From positions 49,251 to 113,250 of the forward strand of contig JBPOIA010000003.1 in the NCBI GenBank assembly GCA_052034975.1: a DNA stretch of 64,000 bases, read 5' to 3'. The translations under genes were made by a program, and so were the position numbers. The stretch comes from Candidatus Moraniibacteriota bacterium (lineage in GTDB: Bacteria > Patescibacteriota > Minisyncoccia > Moranbacterales > UBA1568). Shown piece after piece: positions 1-10,156 of this stretch. Every line of letters begins with the position of its first letter. Within the stretch, counting starts at the first letter, position 1. The notes under the pieces are model-generated. The model saw nothing but the letters and a program-made list of their open reading frames with translations, was not told where the DNA came from and ran no database searches.

Positions 1-1035
1 CCCGAGGAGCGCGAGCGCGGTATCACGATTTCTACCTCGCACTGCGAGTATGAATCCGACAAGCGCCATTATGCGCACGTCGACTGCCCAGGGCACGCCG
101 ACTACATCAAGAATATGATCACCGGTGCCGCGCAGATGGATGGCGCTATCCTTGTTGTATCCGCGACTGACGGTCCGATGCCGCAGACCCGCGAGCACAT
201 CCTGCTTGCCCGTCAGGTGGGCGTGCCGGCCATTGTCGTTTTCTTGAACAAGGTGGATATGGTGGATGATCCGGAACTCATCGATCTCGTCGAGGCCGAA
301 GTCCGCGAGCTTCTCTCCAAATACGAATTTGACGGCGACAATGCCGCTATCATCCGCGGCAGCGCCCTGAAGGCACTTGAGGCCAAAGGCGCCGACGAAG
401 AGACTGCCAAGCCGGTAATCGATCTTATCGCCGCTTTGGACGAGAAGATCCCGGAGCCGGTTCGCGATCTCGACAAGCCGTTCCTGATGCCGATCGAAGA
501 TATTTTCTCGATCGAAGGTCGTGGTACGGTCGTGACCGGACGCATCGAGCGCGGTCAGGTGAACATCAACGAGGAAGTGGAAATCGTCGGTATCCGTGAC
601 ACTGCCAAGACGGTCGTGACCGGTATCGAGATGTTCAATAAATCCCTCGACAAGGGTGTCGCCGGAGACAATGCCGGACTCCTCATCCGCGGTATCAAGA
701 AGGAAGACGTCGAACGCGGTCAGGTACTTGCCAAGACCGGTTCTATCACCCCACATACCGAATTCGAAGGCGAAGTCTACGTCCTTTCCAAGGAGGAAGG
801 CGGCCGCCATACTCCGTTCTTCAAGGGTTACAAGCCGCAGTTCTATATCCGTACCACGGATGTGACCGGCGAAGTGGAACTCCCGGAGGGTACTGAGATG
901 GTTATGCCGGGCGACACCGTGAAACTCAAGATTAAACTCTTGGCCCCGGTTGCTATGGAAGAAGGTATGCGCTTCGCGATCCGCGAAGGTGGTCGTACCG
1001 TCGGTGCCGGCGTGGCTACCAAGATTACCAAGTAA
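1..1035 (+). CDS. tuf: Elongation factor Tu (5' end truncated by window edge)
   Basis: In-frame translation from nt 1 reads [46 protein letters not shown], the canonical EF-Tu G-domain and domains II/III. Stop TAA at 1033-1035. Confidence 0.97.
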   Translation, partial: PEERERGITISTSHCEYESDKRHYAHVDCPGHADYIKNMITGAAQMDGAILVVSATDGPMPQTREHILLARQVGVPAIVVFLNKVDMVDDPELIDLVEAEVRELLSKYEFDGDNAAIIRGSALKALEAKGADEETAKPVIDLIAALDEKIPEPVRDLDKPFLMPIEDIFSIEGRGTVVTGRIERGQVNINEEVEIVGIRDTAKTVVTGIEMFNKSLDKGVAGDNAGLLIRGIKKEDVERGQVLAKTGSITPHTEFEGEVYVLSKEEGGRHTPFFKGYKPQFYIRTTDVTGEVELPEGTEMVMPGDTVKLKIKLLAPVAMEEGMRFAIREGGRTVGAGVATKITK

Positions 1036-1123
1036 TCTTGATTCAAGCGAATTGAACGGTGAGCGACCGACGGCGGTCGTTCCCGCGATTGTTCTCTTGA
1101 AAAAAGGGAAACGGAGCAGTATA

Positions 1124-1459
1124 ATGAATGCAATGAAAAAGACGGAAACAGCGCAGACTTTGCGCGTGAGAATCAAAATCAAGGCGTACGATCATAAGGT
1201 GATCGACCAGTCCGCGAGAAAAATCGTGGAAACGGCCGAACGCACGGGCGCGCAGATTGCGGGTCCCGTACCACTGCCGACCGAGATCCATAAGGTCACA
1301 GTCAATCGCTCGACGTTCGTGCATAAGAATGCCCGCGACCAATACGAGATGCGTGTGCATAAGCGCCTGATCGATATTGTGAACCCGACGGGAAAAACCA
1401 TCGATAACCTCACGAATTTGGATTTACCGGCCGGTGTCGACGTAGAAATCAAAATGTAA
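1124..1459 (+). CDS. rpsJ: 30S ribosomal protein S10
   Basis: [73 protein letters not shown]. The ATG at 1124 is in frame within ORF 950-1459. Confidence 0.95.
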   Translation: MNAMKKTETAQTLRVRIKIKAYDHKVIDQSARKIVETAERTGAQIAGPVPLPTEIHKVTVNRSTFVHKNARDQYEMRVHKRLIDIVNPTGKTIDNLTNLDLPAGVDVEIKM

Positions 1460-1461
1460 AT

Positions 1462-1536
1462 TAGAACTTTCGTTTTTGGCAATCTGCGTTTCCGCTGTTT
1501 CCGTTCTGCGCAGTTCATCCAAAAACGAGAGTTCTA
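1462..1536 (+). repeat. 75-nt nested inverted-repeat element inside the rpsJ-rplC spacer
   Basis: Arms TAGAACTTTCGTTTTTGG (1462-1479) and CCAAAAACGAGAGTTCTA (1519-1536) match 17 of 18. Inner stem CTGCG/CGCAG and a GTTTCCG x2 direct repeat. Confidence 0.6.
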
Positions 1537-1686
1537 AAAATAAATACTCGTTCAAGTCTCTCCCGATGTCCGGTATGGGTGCAGGGAAGGGATACTAAGC
1601 GAGCCAGGTTTTGCAAAAGACCGGCTGGGCCTTAGAAGGAACAGCTTTTTGCTTTTCAGTGCAGCGTAAGACATAGTTTCAGAGCA

Positions 1687-2295
1687 ATGAAATTCATCCT
1701 CGGAAAAAAATTGGGAATGACGACACTTTTCGATGAAACGAAGGGTGCGTTGAATATGACACTTATCGCGTGTGGTCGGAATACGGTGATGAGCACTCGT
1801 ACGCTTGGAAAAGACGGATACGTTGCCGTGCAGGTGGAAACCGATAAGACTGCCAAAAAAACCGTCCGTCGGGAATTTCGCCTTGGTAAGACCGCCGATA
1901 CGGAAGGATTGGCATCGATCGAAAAGACGGTGAATGATAAGTTTCCGGCGGCCACCGAATTGAACGTCTCGATATTCTCCGTCGGAGATGTCGTGAATGT
2001 CACCGGTATTACCAAAGCCAAAGGCTTTCAGGGTGTCGTGAAGCGTCACGGTTTCGGCGGATCGCCAGCAAGTCATGGCCGCAAGCACGATATGCGTAAG
2101 CCTGGTTCGATCGGCGCAACGTTCCCTGAGCACGTCATCAAAGGGAAGCGAATGGCTGGACGTATGGGTGGTGTGAATATGATGGCCCGCAATCTTTCCG
2201 TCGTGTATGTGGATGAAGCGGAAGGTCTTATCGGAGTGCGCGGCGCCGTGCCGGGCGTCAACGGTCGTGTTGTGAAGATAATGAGCGCCAAGTAA
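1687..2295 (+). CDS. rplC: 50S ribosomal protein L3
   Basis: MKFILGKKLGMTTLFDE..GFQGVVKRHGFGGSPASHG. Starts with ATG and sits in the expected operon position. Confidence 0.95.
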   Translation: MKFILGKKLGMTTLFDETKGALNMTLIACGRNTVMSTRTLGKDGYVAVQVETDKTAKKTVRREFRLGKTADTEGLASIEKTVNDKFPAATELNVSIFSVGDVVNVTGITKAKGFQGVVKRHGFGGSPASHGRKHDMRKPGSIGATFPEHVIKGKRMAGRMGGVNMMARNLSVVYVDEAEGLIGVRGAVPGVNGRVVKIMSAK

Positions 2296-2302
2296 TTCTC
2301 GT

Positions 2303-2956
2303 ATGCTGAAGATTTCTGTCAAAAATATCTCCGGTCAGGACGTAAAGGAACTTTCCTTGAAAGAGTCTTTGTTCGGCGTGCCGAAGAACGATGCTTTGGT
2401 GCACCAGGTCTATGTCGCGATGATGGCGAATCAGCGTCAGTCGATCGCTCATACCAAGGATCGTGCCGAACGCGCCGGTTCCGGTATCAAGCCCTGGCGA
2501 CAGAAGGGTACCGGTCGCGCCCGTGTCGGCCAAGTGCGTAATCCGATTTGGCGCAAGGGAGGTGTGTCGTTCGGTCCGACCAAAGACCGTAATTTTTCAA
2601 AAGATACGAACGCGAAAATGCGTCAGAAGGCGACTTTGGTTGCATTGAGCGAGAAATTCCGTGCCGGCAAACTCGTCGTTTTGGATGGGTTCACATATCC
2701 GGAAAAGAAGACCCGATTGTTTGTTGAGACACTTCAGCATCTTGATATGAATCAGAAAAGCTTTCTGCTTGGTTTGACCGGTGCTGAAGCGGGTATCGCG
2801 ATTATGGCGCGCAATCTTCCGAAAGCCGATTATACACTCGCTGAGAATTTGAATGTTATGGAGCTTTTGAATAGCGAATACCTGATCCTGACCGAAGACG
2901 GCGTGAAACGACTCGAAGAGCGTTTCGCGAAGTGGGCGGAAACAGCGAAGAAATAA
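2303..2956 (+). CDS. rplD: 50S ribosomal protein L4
   Basis: Contains GTGRARVGQVRNPIWRKGGVSFGPTKDRNF, the conserved L4 core. Confidence 0.95.
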   Translation: MLKISVKNISGQDVKELSLKESLFGVPKNDALVHQVYVAMMANQRQSIAHTKDRAERAGSGIKPWRQKGTGRARVGQVRNPIWRKGGVSFGPTKDRNFSKDTNAKMRQKATLVALSEKFRAGKLVVLDGFTYPEKKTRLFVETLQHLDMNQKSFLLGLTGAEAGIAIMARNLPKADYTLAENLNVMELLNSEYLILTEDGVKRLEERFAKWAETAKK

Positions 2957-2961
2957 CCGAT

Positions 2962-3327
2962 ATGGCATTGTTTGATAAAACAACCGAAGAGAAGAAAGAG
3001 CAGGCTGTGAAGCCGGCAGCGGGAAGAGAGAGCGTGCTGGCAAACCGGCTGCTTTCCCGTCCGCGCATTACCGAAAAGGCATATGCCTTGAATGCGTTAA
3101 ATCAATACGTGTTTGAGGTAGCGAAGAGCGCCAATAAGAAATCCGTGAAGCGCGCCGTGGAAGAAGCCTATGGTGTGACCGTGGAAGCGGTGAATATCGT
3201 ACGTCTCCCGGCAAAGAAGCATTTTACCGGACGGAACCGAACGCTTGGATTTAAGAGTGCGACCAAGAAAGCTGTCGTGACGGTTTCGAAGGGGCAATCA
3301 ATCGAGCTTTTCAAGGGCGGTATCTAA
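2962..3327 (+). CDS. rplW: 50S ribosomal protein L23
   Basis: MALFDK..ITEKAYALNALNQYVFEVAKSANKKSVKRAVEEAYGVTVEAVNIV. The ATG at 2962 is internal to ORF 2932-3327. Confidence 0.9.
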   Translation: MALFDKTTEEKKEQAVKPAAGRESVLANRLLSRPRITEKAYALNALNQYVFEVAKSANKKSVKRAVEEAYGVTVEAVNIVRLPAKKHFTGRNRTLGFKSATKKAVVTVSKGQSIELFKGGI

Positions 3328-3352
3328 ATAAGGAAAAGATTTTCCTGAGATT

Positions 3353-4180
3353 ATGGCAATCAAGATCTACAAAAAGAATAACGCCGGTCGCCGCAATATG
3401 TCGGTCGTGAAGCCGGAAGGCGTGACGGATAAGGCTCCGGAGAAGTCTTTGTTGGCTCCGTATAAGAAAAAAGCCGGCCGTTCGGGCGGAAAGATTTCTG
3501 TCCGACATCAGGGTGGTGGCGCCAAGCGTCGGTTCCGAGTGATTGATTTCCGTCAGGAAAAATATGATATTCCGGGTCGTATCGTGGCACTTGAGAAGGA
3601 CCCGAACCGCTCGTCGCTCATCGCGCTCGTTCAGTATGCCGATGGTGAGAAACGTTACATCCTTGCGACCAACGGTATGCGTGCCGGACAGACGGTCTTG
3701 TCTGGGAAAAGCGCCCCGGTCGTCAACGGTAACCGGATGCTTCTGAAAAATATTCCTGCCGGTACGATCATCTGCAATATCGAGATGAAAATCGGGAGAG
3801 GCGGACAGATCGTGCGGAGCGCTGGATCGCAGGCGACCCTGATGGCGCTTGACGGCGAGTTCGCCCAAGTGAAACTCGCATCCGGCGAAATCCGTTTGAT
3901 TCACTCCGAATGCTATGCTACGCTCGGACAGGTGAGCAATTTCGAACATAGCGCTGAACGTATCGGCAAAGCCGGTCGCGCCCGTCATCTGAATCGCCGT
4001 CCGGCGGTCCGTGGAAGCGCGATGAACCCGGTGGATCATCCGCACGGCGGAGGCGAGGGTCGCCAGCCGATCGGTATGCATCCGAAAACCCCGTGGGGTA
4101 AGCCGGCGCTCGGTAAAAAGACACGGAAACGCAAGAAAGCGAGCAACCAGTATATCGTCCGGCGTCGCTCGAAGAAGTAA
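3353..4180 (+). CDS. rplB: 50S ribosomal protein L2
   Basis: Carries the L2 signature GRNxxGxITxRHxGGG ([19 protein letters not shown]) and C-terminal [13 protein letters not shown]. Confidence 0.97.
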   Translation: MAIKIYKKNNAGRRNMSVVKPEGVTDKAPEKSLLAPYKKKAGRSGGKISVRHQGGGAKRRFRVIDFRQEKYDIPGRIVALEKDPNRSSLIALVQYADGEKRYILATNGMRAGQTVLSGKSAPVVNGNRMLLKNIPAGTIICNIEMKIGRGGQIVRSAGSQATLMALDGEFAQVKLASGEIRLIHSECYATLGQVSNFEHSAERIGKAGRARHLNRRPAVRGSAMNPVDHPHGGGEGRQPIGMHPKTPWGKPALGKKTRKRKKASNQYIVRRRSKK

Positions 4181-4206
4181 TTTCAATCAGAATCCTTACA
4201 CGTTAT

Positions 4207-4548
4207 ATGTCACGCAGTCTCAAAAAAGGCCCATACGTCGATCCGAGGGTACTCAAGAAAATCGAAGGAAAGAGACTTGGCGACCGTACGGTCATCAAGA
4301 CATGGTCTCGTGCCTCTACGATTTCTCCGGAAATGGTCGGATTCACGTTTGGCGTACATAACGGAAGGGATTTTACCTCGGTGTTCGTAACGGAAGAAAT
4401 GGTTGGTCATAAGCTCGGAGAATTCTCTCCGACTCGCAAATTTAACCGTCACGGCGGTAAGATGCAGAAAGAATTGGAAGTTGCTGCAAAACAGCGCGAA
4501 TTGGAAGCCGCCAAAGCCGCCAAAGCTGCCACTACCGATAAGAAATAG
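4207..4548 (+). CDS. rpsS: 30S ribosomal protein S19 with Lys/Ala-rich C-terminal tail
   Basis: [42 protein letters not shown], followed by a [26 protein letters not shown] extension. Confidence 0.95.
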   Translation: MSRSLKKGPYVDPRVLKKIEGKRLGDRTVIKTWSRASTISPEMVGFTFGVHNGRDFTSVFVTEEMVGHKLGEFSPTRKFNRHGGKMQKELEVAAKQRELEAAKAAKAATTDKK

Positions 4549-4556
4549 GTGAATTT

Positions 4557-5090
4557 ATGAAAGTACGCGCAACCCTCAACAATTTACGGATCACTCCGCG
4601 CAAAGTGCGTCTCGTGACGCATATGATCACCGGGATGGATACCCGTGAGGCCTTGATCCAAATTTCCCGGCAAACCAAGCGATCAGCTCGTCCGATTCAC
4701 GATCTTCTGAAGAGCGCGATTGCTAACGCGACCAATAACTTCGGTTTGGACAGTGATAACCTGTATATTTTAGAGGCTCGTGTCGGTGACGGGTTGCGGT
4801 TGCAGCGTTGGTTGCCGCGGGCGTTCGGACGGGCGACACCGCTTTTGCGCCGAGGTTCGAATGTCACGCTTATTCTCGAAGAACGCATCGAAGGCAAGGG
4901 TCGGACCGCAAAAAAGGAAGCGGTTACGGTTGAGTCGGTAGAATCTGAAACGGCATCCGAAGTGAATGAAGAAAAAGGAGATCATCCGTCTGTAAAACCA
5001 AATGTACAGAAGGAGATCGCGCTTAGCGGAGGGAAAAAGCCGGCCGGAGCCAAGGTAGTCAAGAAAGTGTTCCAGAGAAAGTCCGTATAA
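4557..5090 (+). CDS. rplV: 50S ribosomal protein L22 with long C-terminal extension
   Basis: MKVRATLNNLRITPRKVRLV..ILEARVGDG..RWLPRAFGRATPLLRRGSNVTLILEE, plus a roughly 65-aa acidic/basic tail. Confidence 0.93.
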   Translation: MKVRATLNNLRITPRKVRLVTHMITGMDTREALIQISRQTKRSARPIHDLLKSAIANATNNFGLDSDNLYILEARVGDGLRLQRWLPRAFGRATPLLRRGSNVTLILEERIEGKGRTAKKEAVTVESVESETASEVNEEKGDHPSVKPNVQKEIALSGGKKPAGAKVVKKVFQRKSV

Positions 5091-5112
5091 ATCAATCGAA
5101 GTATCGAACCCT

Positions 5113-5769
5113 ATGGGGAATAAAGTTAATCCAACAGGCATTCGCATCGGCATCACGACGGACTGGCAATCTCGCTGGTTCAGTGATAAGAAGACGTATC
5201 GCGAGCAGTTACGCAAGGATATCGAGATCCGTGATCTGATCACAAAGAAGTGGAAAGCGGCCGCTATCGCGAGTGTCCATATCGAACGTTCCGCGAATGC
5301 TGTGCGGTTGATTATCCATACGTCGCGTCCGGGCGTGCTCATCGGTCGGGGCGGTACGGGTATCGAGGATTTGACGCGCGCGATCAAGAAGCAGTTTTTT
5401 GCTGGCAGGAAAGTTGAGTTGAAAGTGGAAGTGATCGAAGTGAAAAACGCCGATATGAACGCGATGCTGGTTGGCCAACAGGTGGCGGAACAGCTTGAGA
5501 AACGCATCCCGTTTCGTCGCGTGCTCAAGGGAACGCTCGATCAAGTGGAATCGAACAAGGGTGTCGAAGGCGTGAAGATAGAGATCTGTGGTCGCCTCGG
5601 CGGCGCCGAAATGTCTCGTCGCGAATGGTTGTCCCGTGGAAAGATTCCACTTCACACATTACGTGCGGACATCGATTTTGCCCGAACCGAAGCGAGAACG
5701 ACCTACGGTGTTATCGGCGTCAAAGTATGGATCTATAAGGGAGAGAAATTTACCGAAGTGCACGAATAA
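5113..5769 (+). CDS. rpsC: 30S ribosomal protein S3
   Basis: MGNKVNPTGIRIGITTDWQSRWF..KH domain..GAEMSRREWLSRGKIPLHTLRADIDF. Confidence 0.96.
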   Translation: MGNKVNPTGIRIGITTDWQSRWFSDKKTYREQLRKDIEIRDLITKKWKAAAIASVHIERSANAVRLIIHTSRPGVLIGRGGTGIEDLTRAIKKQFFAGRKVELKVEVIEVKNADMNAMLVGQQVAEQLEKRIPFRRVLKGTLDQVESNKGVEGVKIEICGRLGGAEMSRREWLSRGKIPLHTLRADIDFARTEARTTYGVIGVKVWIYKGEKFTEVHE

Positions 5770-5778
5770 AGAACGCGT

Positions 5779-6192
5779 ATGTTGCTCATGCCAAGAAAAG
5801 TAAAACATCGGAAGGTTCAGCGCGGTGGCTGGTCCGGAAGTCCTGCGACCCGTGGCGCCGAAGTTAGTTTCGGAAGCTATGGTTTGAAGTCGCTTGAGGA
5901 AGGCATCATCTCCGCCCGCCAGATCGAAGCGGCTCGGCGCGCGATGACTCGTTCGATCCAGCGCGGCGGAAAAGTATGGATTCGCGTGTTTCCGGATAAG
6001 CCGATGACGAAGAAGGGCGAACAGACTCCGATGGGAAAAGGAAAGGGAAGTGTTGATCATTTTGTCGCCAAAATACGAGCTGGAAAGGTATTGTTTGAGC
6101 TCGATGGTATTGGGAAGACCGCCGCGGCGGAAGCGCTCCGACTCGCAGCTCATAAGCTTCCGGTGAAGACGAAATTCGTAGAGCGTCACTAA
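5779..6192 (+). CDS. rplP: 50S ribosomal protein L16
   Basis: [48 protein letters not shown]. Confidence 0.95.
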   Translation: MLLMPRKVKHRKVQRGGWSGSPATRGAEVSFGSYGLKSLEEGIISARQIEAARRAMTRSIQRGGKVWIRVFPDKPMTKKGEQTPMGKGKGSVDHFVAKIRAGKVLFELDGIGKTAAAEALRLAAHKLPVKTKFVERH

Positions 6193-6219
6193 ATTCGAGA
6201 AGATCCAAGGTATTTTCCT

Positions 6220-6432
6220 ATGAAAGCGAAAGAATGGCGGGACAAATCAGTGGGCGAGCGCGAGAAGGCGCTGACAGAGCTTGAGGACAAGCTTCGGAAG
6301 CTTCGTTTCGATTTGGCTACCCGCGAATCCAAAAATCACAGTGAACACGGAAAGATCCGGAAAGACATCGCTCGATTGCTTACATTGCGTCGTGAAGCCG
6401 AAACGCTTGACGCGAAAGAACATTCGAAGTAA
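6220..6432 (+). CDS. rpmC: 50S ribosomal protein L29
   Basis: MKAKEWRDKSVGEREKALTELEDKLRKLRFDLATRE. Size and operon position fit. Confidence 0.9.
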   Translation: MKAKEWRDKSVGEREKALTELEDKLRKLRFDLATRESKNHSEHGKIRKDIARLLTLRREAETLDAKEHSK

Positions 6433-6455
6433 ACTTCCCTTTTACGGAATTTTTT

Positions 6456-6716
6456 ATGAAGACAATGAATACATCGGAAAAAATGAAGAAAGCTCCCGTA
6501 TGGAAGGGTGTTGTCGTGAGCGACAAGATGGAGAAGACGCTGGTGGTGAAAGTGGATACGTTCAAGACGCATCCGAAATACCAAAAACAATACCGCTCCT
6601 CGAAACGATACAAAGTGCATATTGAAGAGAAGGGCGCGTACAAAGTCGGCGATACGGTTTTGTTCGAGGAGTGTCGACCGATCAGTCGGGAAAAGCGGCA
6701 CAAAATAGTCGGATAA
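6456..6716 (+). CDS. rpsQ: 30S ribosomal protein S17
   Basis: [65 protein letters not shown]. Confidence 0.95.
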   Translation: MKTMNTSEKMKKAPVWKGVVVSDKMEKTLVVKVDTFKTHPKYQKQYRSSKRYKVHIEEKGAYKVGDTVLFEECRPISREKRHKIVG

Positions 6717-6729
6717 ATATTCGAAACGT

Positions 6730-7101
6730 ATGATTCAGGCAGAAACATGGTTGAATGTAGCGGATAACACCGGGGCCAAAATGGTCGAGTGTTTCAAGGT
6801 GCTTGGCGGCACGCGGAAACGTTATGCCAAGCTGGGTGATATCATCGTCGCGTCAGTCAAAGTGGCTGAGCCGCGAGGTATGGTGAAGAAGGGCGATAAG
6901 GTGAAGGCGGTCATTGTCCGTCAGGCGCGTGAGCATCGTCGCAAAGACAATTCCTATATCCGTTTCGACGAAAACGCCGCAGTCATCCTTGAAGGGACGA
7001 GCCAGGATCCCAAAGGAACGCGTATCTTCGGACCGGTAGCCCGCGAACTCCGCGAACGGGGATTTACCAAGATCGTTTCCCTGGCACCGGAAGTTTTGTA
7101 A
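6730..7101 (+). CDS. rplN: 50S ribosomal protein L14
   Basis: [42 protein letters not shown]. Confidence 0.96.
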   Translation: MIQAETWLNVADNTGAKMVECFKVLGGTRKRYAKLGDIIVASVKVAEPRGMVKKGDKVKAVIVRQAREHRRKDNSYIRFDENAAVILEGTSQDPKGTRIFGPVARELRERGFTKIVSLAPEVL

Positions 7102-7134
7102 AGAATATTGAACGCACTACAAAGGAAGATATTT

Positions 7135-7440
7135 ATGAAGATCAAGAAAGGCGACCAAGTGAAGATCATTGCCGGTAAGGACCGCGGAAAGCAGGGCGAA
7201 GTGTTGCGTGTGTTTCCTGTGGCCGCGAAGGTGATTGTGAAAGGTGCCAATATCCTCAAGCGCCACATCAAGTCTCGTCGGGATGGCCAAAAAGGTGAGC
7301 GTATAGAGAAAGAGTTTCCCATCCATATTTCGAACGTGATGCTCGTTTGTCCGCATACCGGAAAGCCGACTCGGATCGGCCGAAAGATCGAAAGCGGCGA
7401 GAAGATCCGTATCAGTAAGCGTTCCGGTAAAGCCCTCTAA
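7135..7440 (+). CDS. rplX: 50S ribosomal protein L24
   Basis: MKIKKGDQVKIIAGKDRGKQGEVLRV is a KOW motif. The ATG at 7135 is preceded by AAAGGAAG. The ORF-track start at 7108 is a TTG codon. Confidence 0.92.
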   Translation: MKIKKGDQVKIIAGKDRGKQGEVLRVFPVAAKVIVKGANILKRHIKSRRDGQKGERIEKEFPIHISNVMLVCPHTGKPTRIGRKIESGEKIRISKRSGKAL

Positions 7441-7447
7441 AAGAGTT

Positions 7448-8014
7448 ATGAATACCCAGGCAATTAAAACAATCTACGAGAAAAAAGCCGTTTCTGGACT
7501 ACAGAAAGAGCTCGGCATCAAGAATGTGATGGCGGTGCCGCGCATTTCGAAAGTCGTCGTGAATGTTGGCGTCGGGAAATTCCTGAAGGACCAGAAACAC
7601 GTCGAAGAAGTGGTGAATTCGCTGGAAGCGATTACCGGACAGAAAGTTGTGATGACGCGCGCGCGCAAAGCGATCGCCGGATTCAAGACTCGCGAAGATT
7701 TGGAAATTGGTGCCCGGACAACGCTGCATGGCACCCGGATGTGGGCGTTTCTTGATCGTTTGTTCCATATCGCATTGCCTCGGGTACGTGATTTTCAAGG
7801 CATCTCCCTGAGCGCCGTCGATCACAGCGGAAACTGCAATATCGGCATCAAGGACCATACGATTTTTCCGGAAATCATTCCTGAGAAAGTCCAGCACATT
7901 TTTAGTTTCCAGGTCAACGTCGTAACGACCGCCAAAAACAGAGAAGAAGGGGCCGCGCTGTTTCGTTTGTTGGGAATGCCGTTTGAAAACAGCGGAAATA
8001 AGCAGGAATCCTAA
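7448..8014 (+). CDS. rplE: 50S ribosomal protein L5
   Basis: LGIKNVMAVPRISKVVVNVGVG..VVMTRARKAIAGFKTRE. Confidence 0.95.
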   Translation: MNTQAIKTIYEKKAVSGLQKELGIKNVMAVPRISKVVVNVGVGKFLKDQKHVEEVVNSLEAITGQKVVMTRARKAIAGFKTREDLEIGARTTLHGTRMWAFLDRLFHIALPRVRDFQGISLSAVDHSGNCNIGIKDHTIFPEIIPEKVQHIFSFQVNVVTTAKNREEGAALFRLLGMPFENSGNKQES

Positions 8015-8031
8015 ACGCGCACAAATAATTT

Positions 8032-8217
8032 ATGTCTAAGACATCCACATTCGCAAGAGCAGAGAAAACCCCGAAATTTTCGACCCGTATTGTCAGACGG
8101 TGTTGGAAATGCGGTCGGAAGCGGGGGTATTTGCGCCGGTATGCCATCTGCCGCATCTGCTTTCGCGAGCTCGCCTCAACCGGCGAGATCCCGGGAGTGA
8201 AGAAGTCTTCCTGGTAA
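8032..8217 (+). CDS. rpsZ: 30S ribosomal protein S14 type Z (zinc-binding)
   Basis: 61 aa with [25 protein letters not shown], a CxxC..CxxC zinc ribbon. Confidence 0.93.
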   Translation: MSKTSTFARAEKTPKFSTRIVRRCWKCGRKRGYLRRYAICRICFRELASTGEIPGVKKSSW

Positions 8218-8248
8218 ACGGATATAAGCTAACAGCGAGAGAAGAATT

Positions 8249-8653
8249 ATGCTCGATCCAATCGCAGAAATGTTAACCAGAATTCGCAACGCGCAGGCCG
8301 CGGGACACGCACGGGTTTCCGTCCGTTTCTCGAAGCTCAAGCAAGCGATCGCTCAAATCCTCGAACGTGAGGGGTTTGTAGCCCGTGTCGAAAAGGAATC
8401 CGACGGCGTGCACGAGACACTTATTCTCTGGCTGAAATACGAGCAGGTTTCTCCGACAAAAAAAGCGCCAGCTATCCGTGAGATCACCCGAATTTCCAAG
8501 CAAGGTCGTCGTATTTATGTGAAAGGCCACGAAATCGAGAGGGTGAAAAACGGATATGGCATCTCGATCATCTCCACTTCTCAAGGATTGATGACTGGTA
8601 TGGAAGCGCACAAACGCAAGCTGGGTGGGGAATACGTGTGTAAGGTCTGGTAA
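8249..8653 (+). CDS. rpsH: 30S ribosomal protein S8
   Basis: MLDPIAEMLTRIRNAQAAGHARVSV..GISIISTSQGLMTGMEAHKRKLGGEYVCKVW. Confidence 0.96.
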   Translation: MLDPIAEMLTRIRNAQAAGHARVSVRFSKLKQAIAQILEREGFVARVEKESDGVHETLILWLKYEQVSPTKKAPAIREITRISKQGRRIYVKGHEIERVKNGYGISIISTSQGLMTGMEAHKRKLGGEYVCKVW

Positions 8654-8663
8654 CGTAAGAGTT

Positions 8664-9200
8664 ATGAGTAGAATAGGAAAAAAACCAGTAGCTATTCCAT
8701 CCGGCGCCGATGTATCCGTACAGGGCAGCGTCGTGATGGCCAAGGGTCCGAAAGGGACGCTTATGTTCACGCACCGTCGTGAAGTAAGTGTCACGGTCGA
8801 AAATGGCGAAGTCCACGTGGCAAAATTGAGCGAAGGGAAAAAAGCATCCGCTATCTGGGGGACGACCGCCAAGGTTATCGCCAATATGCTTTCCGGTGTT
8901 ACAATCGGCTTTCAGAAACAATTGGAGCTAAACGGTGTTGGTTTCCGTATGGCTCTTTCCGGCAAGAAACTCACGTTCGCTCTGGGCTTTTCGCATCCGG
9001 TAGAAAGAATGCTTCCGGAAGGAATCGAAGCGAAGATCGAAAACAACGTGCTCTCGATTACCGGGACGGACAAGCAGAAGGTCGGGGAATTCGCTGCGTT
9101 GGTGCGCAAGTTGAAACCGGTCGAGCCTTACAAAGGAAAGGGATTCCGATATGTCGGCGAAGCGGTCCGTCGCAAGGAAGGCAAGAAAGCCGCCGCATAA
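8664..9200 (+). CDS. rplF: 50S ribosomal protein L6
   Basis: MSRIGKKPVAIPSGADVSVQG..FSHPVE..KGKGFRYVGEAVRRKEGKK. The ATG at 8664 is internal to ORF 8625-9200. Confidence 0.95.
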   Translation: MSRIGKKPVAIPSGADVSVQGSVVMAKGPKGTLMFTHRREVSVTVENGEVHVAKLSEGKKASAIWGTTAKVIANMLSGVTIGFQKQLELNGVGFRMALSGKKLTFALGFSHPVERMLPEGIEAKIENNVLSITGTDKQKVGEFAALVRKLKPVEPYKGKGFRYVGEAVRRKEGKKAAA

Positions 9201-9228
9201 CTAGGACACTAAGCGAGAAGGTACGCGT

Positions 9229-9585
9229 ATGTTGAAACGAGAAGCGAAAAAAGTGAAACGATTCGAACGGAAGCGCCGGGTACGCGCCAAGATTTTTGGC
9301 ACGGCGACTCGCCCGAGACTCTCTGTATTCCGGAGCCTTCGGAGCATTGCGGTACAGGCGATCGACGATCAGTCTGGCCGGACGCTTGATCAGGCGAATC
9401 TTTCCGAAGTTGTCAAAAAATCTGCGCATACGGTCGAGGGCGCCGGAGCGGTCGGCGCGCTCCTAGCGAAGCGCCTGGTGGCGCTCAAGGTTACCGAAGC
9501 GGTCTTTGATCGGTCCGGATACAAATATCACGGCAAAGTGAAAGCGCTCGCCGAAGCGATTCGCAATGGCGGTGTGAAAATGTAA
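9229..9585 (+). CDS. rplR: 50S ribosomal protein L18
   Basis: RKRRVRAKIFGTATRPRLSVFRSLRSIAVQAIDD..GYKYHGKVKALAEAIRNGG. Confidence 0.94.
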   Translation: MLKREAKKVKRFERKRRVRAKIFGTATRPRLSVFRSLRSIAVQAIDDQSGRTLDQANLSEVVKKSAHTVEGAGAVGALLAKRLVALKVTEAVFDRSGYKYHGKVKALAEAIRNGGVKM

Positions 9586-9606
9586 TGTAAGCTTCATAAA
9601 CGACGT

Positions 9607-10134
9607 ATGGCGAAACGAGAACAAGGGAGAAAATCGATGAAACGGGAAAAGCCGGAGTTTGATCAGAAGCTCCTCAATTTGGCGCGCGTGACGCGTGTCG
9701 TGAAAGGCGGCCGTCGCTTCCGTTTCCGGGCGACGCTGGTTATCGGTAATCGCAAAGGAAAAGTGGGTGTTGGTGTTGCGAAGGGCTCTGATGTTTCCGA
9801 TGCGATCCAGAAGGCCTTTAATGATGCGAAGAAGAATCTGATTACGGTTGAGCTTGCCGGAGCGACTATTTCGCACGATGTTTCTGCCAAGCTCGGAAGC
9901 GCCAAGGTGCTCTTGAAGCCGGCTTCTCAGGGTCAGGGCGTGATCGCTGGCGGAGCGGTTCGTTCGGTGGTTGATCTGCTCGGCGTCAAGGATATCGTCT
10001 CCAAATCACTCGGCGCCTCTAATCCGCTGAATGTCGCTCGTGTCACCGTGAAGGCGCTTCAAATGTTGAAGGCTCCTCGTGTCCGCAAGGCGCCACAAAC
10101 GGAAAAGGTTCCGGCGGTTGAAGCGCAGGCGTAA
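9607..10134 (+). CDS. rpsE: 30S ribosomal protein S5
   Basis: LLNLARVTRVVKGGRRFRFRATLVIGNRKGKVGVGVAKG..AGGAVRSVVDLLGVKDI. Confidence 0.96.
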   Translation: MAKREQGRKSMKREKPEFDQKLLNLARVTRVVKGGRRFRFRATLVIGNRKGKVGVGVAKGSDVSDAIQKAFNDAKKNLITVELAGATISHDVSAKLGSAKVLLKPASQGQGVIAGGAVRSVVDLLGVKDIVSKSLGASNPLNVARVTVKALQMLKAPRVRKAPQTEKVPAVEAQA

Positions 10135-10156
10135 GACCTAACGTTCATAAGAAAGT

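Noticed and set aside
1552-2322. 256-aa minus-strand ORF antisense to rplC. Similar long antisense ORFs occur at 3311-4186, 4770-5528 and 8273-8884 opposite rplB, rplV/rpsC and rpsH/rplF.
   Set aside because: They overlap highly conserved ribosomal-protein genes on the opposite strand, have no RBS or start context, and have low-complexity Arg/Ser-rich translations typical of GC-rich antisense frames.
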